Positions 51,268 through 59,318 of a DNA stretch of 64,000 nt are shown here, in pieces. Position 1 is the first letter of the stretch, and each line of letters opens with the position of its first letter. Source of the DNA: Acidiferrobacterales bacterium (GTDB lineage Bacteria; Pseudomonadota; Gammaproteobacteria; Acidiferrobacterales; SPGG2); NCBI GenBank assembly GCA_046760105.1, contig JBHIDJ010000006.1, forward strand, positions 3,197 through 67,196. The letters are read 5' to 3'. The translations under genes and the position numbers were made by a program. The notes beneath the pieces are model-generated. The model was not told the origin of the DNA. It saw only the letters and a list, made by a program, of their open reading frames with translations, and did no database searches.

Positions 51268-51298
51268 GGCCGGGTATCAGTCCCGGCCTGTTTTTTTT
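51268..51298 (+). terminator. rho-independent terminator
   Basis: Stem ggccggg (51268-51274) with cccggcc (51282-51288), 7-nt loop, then tgTTTTTTTT. The hairpin contains the stop codon of convergent hemL (51277-51279). Confidence 0.8.
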
Positions 51299-52590
51299 GT
51301 GAGCTCGGTAAGTACTTCTGCCGCCGCCGCGACCGTTTTGGCAATGTCATCAACGCTATGAGCGGCGGACACAAAACCAGCCTCGAACGCCGAGGGAGCG
51401 AGATAAACACCCGCCGCCAACATTCCGTGAAAGAATTGCTTGAAGTGCTCGAGGTCGCAAGCCATGACCTGGGCAAACCGCGTCACCGCGAGCTCTGCGG
51501 TGAAGAACATACCGAACATACCGCCGACTGATTGGACCATGAGCGGCACCCTTGCCTCGTGCGCGGCCGCGCGCAACCCATCAGCCAGTGCCTCGGTCTT
51601 GGCGGTGAGTTCTTGGTGGAAGCCATCGCGCGTGATTTCCTTTAACGTCGCCAGGCCAGCCGCCATCGCGACGGGGTTGCCCGACAATGTGCCGGCCTGA
51701 TAGACAGGCCCATCCGGGGCGATGTAATCCATGATGTCGGCGCGTCCGCCGAATGCGCCGACCGGCAACCCGCCCCCAATGATCTTACCGAGCGTGGTGA
51801 GGTCAGGATTAACCCCGTACAGACCCTGGGCGCCGTTCAGGGCCACGCGAAAGCCGGTCATGACCTCGTCGAAGATAAGCAGCGCCCGGTGGTTGCTACA
51901 CAACTCGCGCAACGTCGACAGAAAGCCGTCGACCGGTGGTATGCAGTTCATATTCCCGACCACCGGTTCAACGATGATACAGGCGATTCGCTCCCCGATT
52001 TCCGCAAAAACTTGCCGTACCTGACCGACATTGTTGTATTCGAGTGTGACGGTGTGCGCCGCCAGGTCCGCCGGCACGCCTGCTGACGTCGGCACCCCCA
52101 GTGTTAATGCCCCGGAGCCCGCTTTGACCAGGAGCGCATCCGAATGGCCGTGGTAACAACCCTCGAATTTGATGATGGTGTCGCGTCCGGTAAAACCGCG
52201 CGCCAGCCGAATCGCGCTCATGGTGGCTTCGGTGCCGGAATTCACCATGCGCACCTTTTCGATCGACGGCATCAGGGAGCAGATCATATCCGCCATTTCC
52301 ACTTCGATGCGGGTCGGTGCGCCAAATCCGAGCCCGTGTTCCGCGTACTGTCTTACCGCCGCGATCACGGCCGGGTGTGCGTGGCCAAGGATCAAGGGGC
52401 CCCAGGAGCCAACATAGTCGATATATTGTTTGCCGTCTTCATCCCACACGTGCGCCCCGCGTCCGCGCGCGAAGAACACGGGCTCACCGCCGACGCCTTT
52501 GAAAGCGCGCACTGGCGAGTTCACGCCTCCCGGGATGTGTCTGCACGCCTGCTTGAATAATGAGCTCGAGCTACGGGTCATCACTTTCAC
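51277..52590 (-). CDS. hemL: glutamate-1-semialdehyde 2,1-aminomutase
   Basis: [27 protein letters not shown], class-III aminotransferase body. The start may be the internal ATG 9 nt downstream. Confidence 0.96.
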   Translation of the reverse strand: MKVMTRSSSSLFKQACRHIPGGVNSPVRAFKGVGGEPVFFARGRGAHVWDEDGKQYIDYVGSWGPLILGHAHPAVIAAVRQYAEHGLGFGAPTRIEVEMADMICSLMPSIEKVRMVNSGTEATMSAIRLARGFTGRDTIIKFEGCYHGHSDALLVKAGSGALTLGVPTSAGVPADLAAHTVTLEYNNVGQVRQVFAEIGERIACIIVEPVVGNMNCIPPVDGFLSTLRELCSNHRALLIFDEVMTGFRVALNGAQGLYGVNPDLTTLGKIIGGGLPVGAFGGRADIMDYIAPDGPVYQAGTLSGNPVAMAAGLATLKEITRDGFHQELTAKTEALADGLRAAAHEARVPLMVQSVGGMFGMFFTAELAVTRFAQVMACDLEHFKQFFHGMLAAGVYLAPSAFEAGFVSAAHSVDDIAKTVAAAAEVLTELTKKTGRD

Positions 52591-52608
52591 ATCGTATGGG
52601 CACTGGCT

Positions 52609-53262
52609 TTATGGTGTCAGCCGTTTCGGTGCAGGGCTAAACAGGGCGGCATAACGACTGGCCGCCTGGCGAATGTCCGCTTGCTGGAATACGCCATGTA
52701 TGACCGCCACTGCGTCAGCGCCAGCGACAATCAACTCGCCCGCATTTTCCGGGGTGATGCCGCCAATAGCAACTATTGGAATGCGAAGTCGTTGCTTTGC
52801 CGCTCGCAACAATTCGGGTCCCGCGCGCACCGCAGACGGCTTCGTCGGCGAGCGGTAGAAGCTGCCAAAGGCGACATAGTCAGCCCCCCCGGCTTCAGCC
52901 GCGAGCGCTAAATCCAACTGGTTATAGCAAGACACGCCTATAAGTCGCCGCGCGCCAAGCATCCCTCGCGCTTCCGCCAAGCCTGGGTCCTCGTGTCCGA
53001 CATGAACGCCATCGGCATTGACATGGGTGGCCAGCTCGATATCGTCGTTGACAATGAATGGGGTCCGGTGGCGTTGACATACTTGCGCGAGTGCGGCTGC
53101 CTGGTGCTTGCGCGACGCACGGTCGTCGGATTTGTCCCGGTATTGAATTAGACGGGCACCCCCGGCGATGGCAAGCTTCACCGCGTCGACCAGCTGCACG
53201 GGTTCGATGCAGCCGGTGTCGGTAATGGCATAAAGTCCCGCGACTAACGGCTCACTCGACAT
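52609..53262 (-). CDS. thiE: thiamine-phosphate synthase
   Basis: GLYAITD, LIQYRDK, DGVHVGHEDP, IGVSCYN, DYVAFGSFY, VAIGGI. Start set to ATG 53262 (MSSEPLV), overlapping the thiD stop by 11 nt. Confidence 0.92.
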   Translation of the reverse strand: MSSEPLVAGLYAITDTGCIEPVQLVDAVKLAIAGGARLIQYRDKSDDRASRKHQAAALAQVCQRHRTPFIVNDDIELATHVNADGVHVGHEDPGLAEARGMLGARRLIGVSCYNQLDLALAAEAGGADYVAFGSFYRSPTKPSAVRAGPELLRAAKQRLRIPIVAIGGITPENAGELIVAGADAVAVIHGVFQQADIRQAASRYAALFSPAPKRLTP

Positions 53263-54064
53263 CAGGATCGGTGCGCGCACGTGCCCAGTAGAGACGATCG
53301 GGGAGATATTGTCCCATTCCCAAACGATAACCGTGTTTGAGGCTTCGCCAGGTGTACTCCAATGCCTTGGCAACCGCGGGCACTGGGTCCAGGCCGTGGG
53401 CCAAGGCCGCGCTACAGGCCGACGCCACCGTACAACCGGAGCCGTGGTAGTTGTTGGTCAACCTTTCACACGTGAACGTCTCTAGAAGCCGCATGTTTCC
53501 GTACAAGCGGTTGATGACCCGAGGTGTATTGTCATGTGTACCGGTGATCAGCACATATTGGCAGCCAAGCGACATCAACTCCTGCGCGCAGGCATCGCGT
53601 GTGTCCGCATCCGGTGCCAGCCTGCCCACCTCTAGACTGTTTGGGGTTATCAATGTCGCTCGAGGTACCAGCAGTGAGCGCATAGCATCGTCCAGAAGCT
53701 CGTCGGCCAACACATCACCGCGCGCCGACGTCTGGACCGGATCCACGATCAGCGGAAGATCGCGGTAGTCATCGAGAATGCTCGCTACCGCCATCAGGTT
53801 TTGTCTGTCACCCAGCATGCCGGTCTTAGCCGCTGCGACCGGCATGTCCTCCAGTATCGCGCGTGCTTGCGCGATGACGAGCTCCGTTTCCACTGGCGTA
53901 TATTGCTTGATGCCAATGGTGTCCTGCGCCGTGACAGCCGTGAGCACAGGTGCCGGGTGACAACCCATGCTTACGATCGCCTCGATGTCAGCTGATATGC
54001 CAGCGCCGCCGGTAGGGTCACTACCGGCGAATACAAGCACAACAGGCAACGGATCGGGTTTCAT
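53252..54064 (-). CDS. thiD: hydroxymethylpyrimidine/phosphomethylpyrimidine kinase
   Basis: VLVFAGSDPTGGAGISADI, KTGMLG, LIVDPV, HGSGCTVASA. Confidence 0.94.
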   Translation of the reverse strand: MKPDPLPVVLVFAGSDPTGGAGISADIEAIVSMGCHPAPVLTAVTAQDTIGIKQYTPVETELVIAQARAILEDMPVAAAKTGMLGDRQNLMAVASILDDYRDLPLIVDPVQTSARGDVLADELLDDAMRSLLVPRATLITPNSLEVGRLAPDADTRDACAQELMSLGCQYVLITGTHDNTPRVINRLYGNMRLLETFTCERLTNNYHGSGCTVASACSAALAHGLDPVPAVAKALEYTWRSLKHGYRLGMGQYLPDRLYWARARTDPDVE

Positions 54065-54300
54065 CTTCCGTCAAGCGCGGCTAACGTGATTTCTGGATGC
54101 AGATCAGGCCTAAGCGTTGCGTTGAATGCGGCTGACCCGGCTAGTCTATGCTGAAAGTGCCGTCCTGTTAGCGTGTATATCTGGAGTGGTGGTTAAAGAG
54201 CTTGTTATTCTACCTTTTGGGGCACCTTATTTCACTGACGTCGGGAAAAATGCGAAAATCTTACGTTTACGGTAAACACCCGAGCTGAGTACTGAGAATC

Positions 54301-54498
54301 GTGGACGGCAAGCAAGCGGCATCGAAAACAGAATTCAAGACCTACATGTGCGTCGTCTGTGGTTTTGTCTACGACGAAGAGCAGGGTTTACCGGACGAAG
54401 GCATTGCTCCCGGGACCCCTTGGGAGGACATCCCCGACACTTGGACCTGCCCGGACTGCGGTGCCAGCAAGGACGAGTTTGAGCTGATTGAGATCTAA
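54301..54498 (+). CDS. rubredoxin
   Basis: [50 protein letters not shown] with two CxxCG knuckles. GTG 54301 start is uncertain. Confidence 0.9.
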   Translation: MDGKQAASKTEFKTYMCVVCGFVYDEEQGLPDEGIAPGTPWEDIPDTWTCPDCGASKDEFELIEI

Positions 54499-54698
54499 GA
54501 CAATAGCGCCGTCGTGGTCCCTTAGAAGTTGCCCATCAGCGCAATACCCACGATGTGGGTCCGGTAGTGCGATTTCTTGCAATGGGTCGCAACGGGTGTC
54601 AGCTACAAGAAGTACACGCTCGGCGTATCGCAAAGCCGCAAACGAATATCGGTAAACCGTCGGGCTAACCCCACGATCCGTACACGCGGGAACTCTTG

Positions 54699-54725
54699 GC
54701 TGACGCGACGAGTCAGCGTCTTTTT
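54699..54725 (+). terminator. rho-independent terminator
   Basis: Stem GCTGAC (54699-54704) with GTCAGC (54712-54717), loop gcgacga, then gtcTTTTT. It lies 200 nt after the rubredoxin stop, and the stem contains the stop codon of the convergent regulator gene (54713-54715). Confidence 0.6.
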
Positions 54726-57289
54726 GCGCGCCGAGAGCCCAAGCGCTCGATCTTGTAATGCAGCGTATTGGGACGTAGACCTAGCAAGCGCGCCGCCTTC
54801 GATTTATTGCCGTCACAGCGCTCAAGCGTCTGCGCGATGAGGCGTGCCTCGAACTCAGATACGTGCTGACCGAGGGACTTCTCCGTCACGGCGTAGTCGA
54901 GCTCTGGGAGCTTTTGTGGTTGCGGCTGTTTGGATTGCAGCCTGGAGAACACAGACGACTTTAGCACGGCCATATCGGCAGGGAAGTCCTCCGCCAGCAA
55001 ATCGTCGGCCTCGCTTTGACTGAGGTAGTGATAGGTACCGGCCTGCAGGTTGAACTGCAGCGTGTAATAGTGCACGAGAAGCGGGATATCGAGTTTTCTT
55101 TCGCGCATAGTTGGTATAACCAGTACAAAGGGCTTAGAGGACGCAGCCAGTTGCTGCAGTCTGACTGAAACCTCGTCCGCGTTGTTGTCGCACCCGGCGA
55201 TCACGCGTACACGGCCAGCGTGTGGAATCGCGATGCGGAGCTCGTCTTGCTGCAGTGCAGGTAAGCGACGGAGATTATCGATCATCAACGTCCCGTCACG
55301 CGCATCAGCGAGCAACTCAGTGAAACCAACCTGCCTTGCGAGCACCGTTTTGTTCTCAAGCTCCGCGGTCGTAAGTACACTGAACTTTCCGTCGTTACCG
55401 CTGCAACCATACATATAGCGCGCCAGCTCGATGGCCTCATGGACATCTTTCGATTCGATCAGCACAGGCTCCTTGAATCCCGCGATCCGTTCTGCGCAGT
55501 CAAGCAGTTCAGTAAAGACTTGACTGTGAGCGATGAGAGGATAATCCGGGTTATGAATAGCGCGTACCGACTTTTGCAGCTCTACCATTGCGCGGATTTT
55601 GCGTGTGAGCACCGCTTCCGTGAGTTCACCCGGTAGCACCTCGATCAGTGATCCCAGCAAGTTTCGTTTATGCTTTGAAACAAACTCGCTTGCGCCTGGC
55701 CCGTAAACCAGAACCGCTATCGCCACATGATTTTCGTGGATCATCTTTAAGAGCTTACTGCGATGTACCGCAGGGGTGCCGGCCTCGATGAGGCATACCA
55801 GCACGTCAGGCGCGCTGTGGCGCTTAAAACCGGCGGAACCTGGCCCGACAAAGTGAGCCACCTGTGGGAAATGTTTGCGAAGGTGTTTGAGCATTGTTTT
55901 GTCACGGCCCAACAGCGTAACCGTCGGGCCGAACGTTTCCCCCGCAATCGCGCTCGCACCGGTCGTTAGGCCATCTGTCGGCTGTTCGCTGGCTAGGCGC
56001 ATATTTTCATTGCGGAGCACATCGACTTCGCGCCACAAGCATGTCAATGCATGCTCTGTTTTTTGCAATTGCCGTTCGAGGGCATGTATTTGGTCATGAG
56101 CATGCGCACGCATTGTCAGGAGCTTGTCGAGGAACAGGTCCGCCATTTTGTCGAACAGCTGTTCGACCACTCGAAAATCAAATGGCGTGTAGACCTGCTC
56201 ACTGAAAGAGTCGCCCAGTAACAGCCAACCCGATGCATTGCGACTGTGTGGATAGAAGGGGACTATCGCCGCGACACCATGGTGGTTCATCAGAGCGTGA
56301 GTCTTTGGACTGGTATCCACGATTTCGTTGGCCACGATGATATGCGCAAAACTTTGCAGCGCCTCGTCAGGAATTTGTACCATACGCTTTGATGCCCCGG
56401 CTGTAGCCAACACCGCTCCTTGGTTACCCAACAGGGCCACCGGACATCTCAGGGTTTCCGCCAGGCGAGTAACAGCTTCATTGACGGAATCGAGGTCAGC
56501 GATCTCGGTGATCATAGCGCGGATCCTGTGATAAAACGCCGTCTTGCGCTTTCTGACCTTCGACCACGGTATATAAAACTGGATATCGAATAACCTATGT
56601 TGATGAATGGCATAGGCGGTAACCACAAGAAAGTAAGTGATGGCAATCGGGAATGTTACGGCAGCGTTGAACCAACCAATACCAAGGCGTAACAAGATAA
56701 GTACGGTTAGCATCACAAGCGCCATCGGGATGATGGCGACCAGCAGGACCGAGTTCTTCGCCCTTTTTTGCGAAGTATACTGGTAGATTGATCCGTAGAC
56801 TAAAATTCCGATGACGCTCAAGAAAATACCGATCGCGTAGAACTCAAACACAAAGTATAAGGGACCAGATGCACGTGTTACGCTGTATTCAAAACGTACG
56901 AAGTCATTGACTAACCATGGTGTAAAAAGTAGCAAAATTTCGAGGACGATAGCGTATGAGTAAACAGCTGTTAGCGTGAGCCTCATTCTCCACATGTTGT
57001 GTTGGTCGAATGCTAAGGAAACCACCAGGTGAAACAAAAGCGCGAAGCCAACAATCCCAGCAGCGTAGTAGATGGTGGCTTCGATGTATGGAAGCGTGTT
57101 GTTGTCAATGAGATTGTGGACGTGCCAAATCTCGGCAACGTTTTGAATCGAAAGCGCGAATAGAAAATAGAGGTAAATGCGGGTCTGCGCATTATGCGTT
57201 CTAGAGAAATGGGCGTAGGCAAAAATGCCACCTTTGAATGCCAACGCGATGATGGCGGGGAGGCTAATTAAGAACGCGTTTAAACCCAT
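54713..57289 (-). CDS. membrane-tethered NtrC-like regulator: 7TM + GAF-like + degenerate receiver-like + degenerate sigma-54 AAA+ + Fis-type HTH
   Basis: 858 aa. About 7 TM helices in the first 250 aa. A GAF-like segment (ITEIADLDSVNEAV...WLLLGDSF), then a coiled coil. An AAA+-like region has the Walker A position reading VLIESKDVHEAIELAR (no GxxGxGK), Walker B reading GTLMIDNL (DN, not DE), and no GAFTGA. C-terminal HTH_8 is LERCDGNKSKAARLLGLRPNTLHYKIERLG. Confidence 0.8.
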   Translation of the reverse strand: MGLNAFLISLPAIIALAFKGGIFAYAHFSRTHNAQTRIYLYFLFALSIQNVAEIWHVHNLIDNNTLPYIEATIYYAAGIVGFALLFHLVVSLAFDQHNMWRMRLTLTAVYSYAIVLEILLLFTPWLVNDFVRFEYSVTRASGPLYFVFEFYAIGIFLSVIGILVYGSIYQYTSQKRAKNSVLLVAIIPMALVMLTVLILLRLGIGWFNAAVTFPIAITYFLVVTAYAIHQHRLFDIQFYIPWSKVRKRKTAFYHRIRAMITEIADLDSVNEAVTRLAETLRCPVALLGNQGAVLATAGASKRMVQIPDEALQSFAHIIVANEIVDTSPKTHALMNHHGVAAIVPFYPHSRNASGWLLLGDSFSEQVYTPFDFRVVEQLFDKMADLFLDKLLTMRAHAHDQIHALERQLQKTEHALTCLWREVDVLRNENMRLASEQPTDGLTTGASAIAGETFGPTVTLLGRDKTMLKHLRKHFPQVAHFVGPGSAGFKRHSAPDVLVCLIEAGTPAVHRSKLLKMIHENHVAIAVLVYGPGASEFVSKHKRNLLGSLIEVLPGELTEAVLTRKIRAMVELQKSVRAIHNPDYPLIAHSQVFTELLDCAERIAGFKEPVLIESKDVHEAIELARYMYGCSGNDGKFSVLTTAELENKTVLARQVGFTELLADARDGTLMIDNLRRLPALQQDELRIAIPHAGRVRVIAGCDNNADEVSVRLQQLAASSKPFVLVIPTMRERKLDIPLLVHYYTLQFNLQAGTYHYLSQSEADDLLAEDFPADMAVLKSSVFSRLQSKQPQPQKLPELDYAVTEKSLGQHVSEFEARLIAQTLERCDGNKSKAARLLGLRPNTLHYKIERLGSRRAKRR

Positions 57290-58019
57290 TGTTCAAGTTT
57301 TCAATCCCCGGAGGGAGAACACCGTCCGCAACCGATGAGCAAAAACGAGAATCAAGCACCAAAGACTATCGTTTTTGGGGTGGGTCGGCAAAAGATCAGG
57401 CTGCAGCCACACCAAACCTGCTTGACTAATTGCTAGCGCGCCTCCTCATGTCAATAGAAAAAACTTGATCGCCATTTTTAACTTCTTGATTCTTAACACA
57501 ATTATAAAGATTTAGGAGTATATTGCAGTGATAAGGTTACCGAAAGTACTGACAGTCTTCGGAATAATATCAATAGAAATTTTGCGTACTCGGCATGTTG
57601 CCGCAGGACGTTCTTACCGACTTGGTGGTGAACAAATCGGCAATGTCTCCAGGTTGCTAGCCCGATTTGGCCATAGACTGCGTATACATGGGGCTACGTA
57701 ACCTATTGTTTTGTTTAACTATTGTTGGCATATCGGTTACCAAATATCAGCATCTGGTGGGACGATGATTTGGCGTGCTGAATTTGACGCTGCATCGGCC
57801 GCTCGACGCTTCACAGGCCGCCGCCCTCGCTGCCTTTGGCCCCCACCACCGGCGCGTAGCTGGCCGGATGGGATGAAGCGGTGGATTAACGCTTGTGCCG
57901 GGAAACCGGTAACATTGCGCCTCGCTCAACTAGGGTCACCGCCGCCAATGCGAACCGCGGGCTGGCGTAGCCGATAATAGTTCGTATGTTTAAAGGAGCT
58001 TACGTATAAGGAGTGTTCT

Positions 58020-59318
58020 GTGGCGGCTAGAAAGGTTTATGTCATCGATGGTGCGCGCACACCGTTTTTGAAAGCGCAGACCGCTCCGGGTGCGTTTAGT
58101 GCCGCCGACCTGGCAGTGGCGGCCGGTCGCCCGGTGTTGGCGCGTTTGCCATTCTCTCCCTCGGACATTGACGAAGTCATCGTCGGCTGTGTCGTCGCTG
58201 CGCCCGATGAGGCCAATATCGCCCGAATTATTGCGCTCCGGCTAGGTTGCAGTGAACGCGTCCCCGCCTTCACGGTACAGCGCAACTGCGCCTCCGGTTT
58301 GCAGGCAGTCGCATCTGCGCGCGAGCGCATCGCGCTCGGTATGTCAGAGATCGTGCTCGCCGGTGGGACCGAGGCCATGAGTCGTGCCCCCGTACAATGG
58401 AATGCCGCTATGGTCGGCTGGTTGGCGAACGTCATGCGCGCCCGCGGTAGATTCGCGCGTCTTAAAGCGATCGCCGGCATTCGTCGAGCCTACTTGAAGC
58501 CTGTGTTCACCCTGCTACTGGGTCTGAGCGACCCGTTGGTAAAGCTCTCGATGGGGCAAACTGCCGAGGTGTTGGCACATCGCTTCGGTATCGTGCGCGA
58601 ACACCAGGATGCCTACGCGCTGCAAAGTCACGGACGCCTGGCGCTCACGTTTGATCGTGGCGAAATGGGTGATGAGGTGGTAACGCTGTATGACACCCGC
58701 GGACATCACTATTTCGAGGATACTGGCTTACGGCGTGATACCACGGTGGAACGACTTGCCAAGCTCAAACCCGTGTTTGATCGAAAGTACGGTTCGGTCA
58801 CCGCCGGTAACAGCTCGCAAGTTACGGATGGCGCTGCCATGCTCGTGCTGGCAAGCGAAGATGCCGTAAAGGCACACAGCCTACCTGTGATGGGTGAGGT
58901 GCTCGATCATGCCTGGGCCGGCGTGGATCCACGACAAATGGGTCTAGGGCCGGTCCACGCCGTCACTAAGTTGTTGCAAGCAAATGATGTACGCATGCGT
59001 GACCTTGCCCAGCTTGAGCTCAATGAGGCGTTCGCTGCCCAAGTGCTCGCCTGTCAAGCCGCATGGGACAGCGCTGACTACGCACGCGATGAACTAGGAC
59101 TGAAAAGACCGCTAGGCAGCATGGATCCTGACCGGCTAAATCCCAACGGTGGGGCCATCGCCTGCGGCCACCCTGTCGGCGCGAGCGGCGCGCGTCTCGT
59201 GTTACACCTATTGCGAGCGCTGCAACGCAAGGACGGCGGGCTGGGTGTTGCCACTCTGTGCATTGGCGGTGGCCAGGGCGGTGCGATGCTTTTTCGCGTT
59301 GACGGAGACGCAGCGTGA
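58020..59318 (+). CDS. acetyl-CoA C-acyltransferase (thiolase, FadA/FadI-like)
   Basis: VYVIDGARTPF, QRNCASGLQAV (active-site Cys), NPNGGAIACGHPVGASG, LCIGGGQGGAM. GTG start. Confidence 0.92.
   Translation: MAARKVYVIDGARTPFLKAQTAPGAFSAADLAVAAGRPVLARLPFSPSDIDEVIVGCVVAAPDEANIARIIALRLGCSERVPAFTVQRNCASGLQAVASARERIALGMSEIVLAGGTEAMSRAPVQWNAAMVGWLANVMRARGRFARLKAIAGIRRAYLKPVFTLLLGLSDPLVKLSMGQTAEVLAHRFGIVREHQDAYALQSHGRLALTFDRGEMGDEVVTLYDTRGHHYFEDTGLRRDTTVERLAKLKPVFDRKYGSVTAGNSSQVTDGAAMLVLASEDAVKAHSLPVMGEVLDHAWAGVDPRQMGLGPVHAVTKLLQANDVRMRDLAQLELNEAFAAQVLACQAAWDSADYARDELGLKRPLGSMDPDRLNPNGGAIACGHPVGASGARLVLHLLRALQRKDGGLGVATLCIGGGQGGAMLFRVDGDAA

Noticed and set aside
53242-53262. Heptamer-family-like words (gactaac ggctcac tcgacat) at the thiD/thiE junction
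   Set aside because: They lie entirely within overlapping coding sequence (thiD C-terminus and thiE N-terminus MSSEPLVAG). There are only three units and no complementary arm, so this is most likely coincidence.
54086-54112. TPP (THI-box) riboswitch upstream of thiD, on the minus strand
   Set aside because: Only CCTGATCTG, with a short CUG-CAUC-CAG hairpin, resembles the pyrophosphate-sensor helix. I could not find the CUGAGA / GGGGUGC / ACCC elements of the pyrimidine-sensor arm. A 9-nt match is within chance. cmsearch with RF00059 would settle it.
57726-57740. Sigma-54-like promoter TGGCATatcggTTAC in the regulator/thiolase spacer
   Set aside because: The invariant -12 GC is AC here, and the adjacent NtrC-like protein lacks GAFTGA and a functional P-loop. 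This contrasts with the near-perfect site at 50876-50891.
57711-57977. 88-aa plus-strand ORF (and the 60-aa minus-strand ORF 57747..57929) in the long spacer
   Set aside because: No SD and no recognisable motif, and the Pro/Arg/Trp-rich translation is typical of random GC-rich sequence. It is kept only as part of the unexplained-spacer finding.
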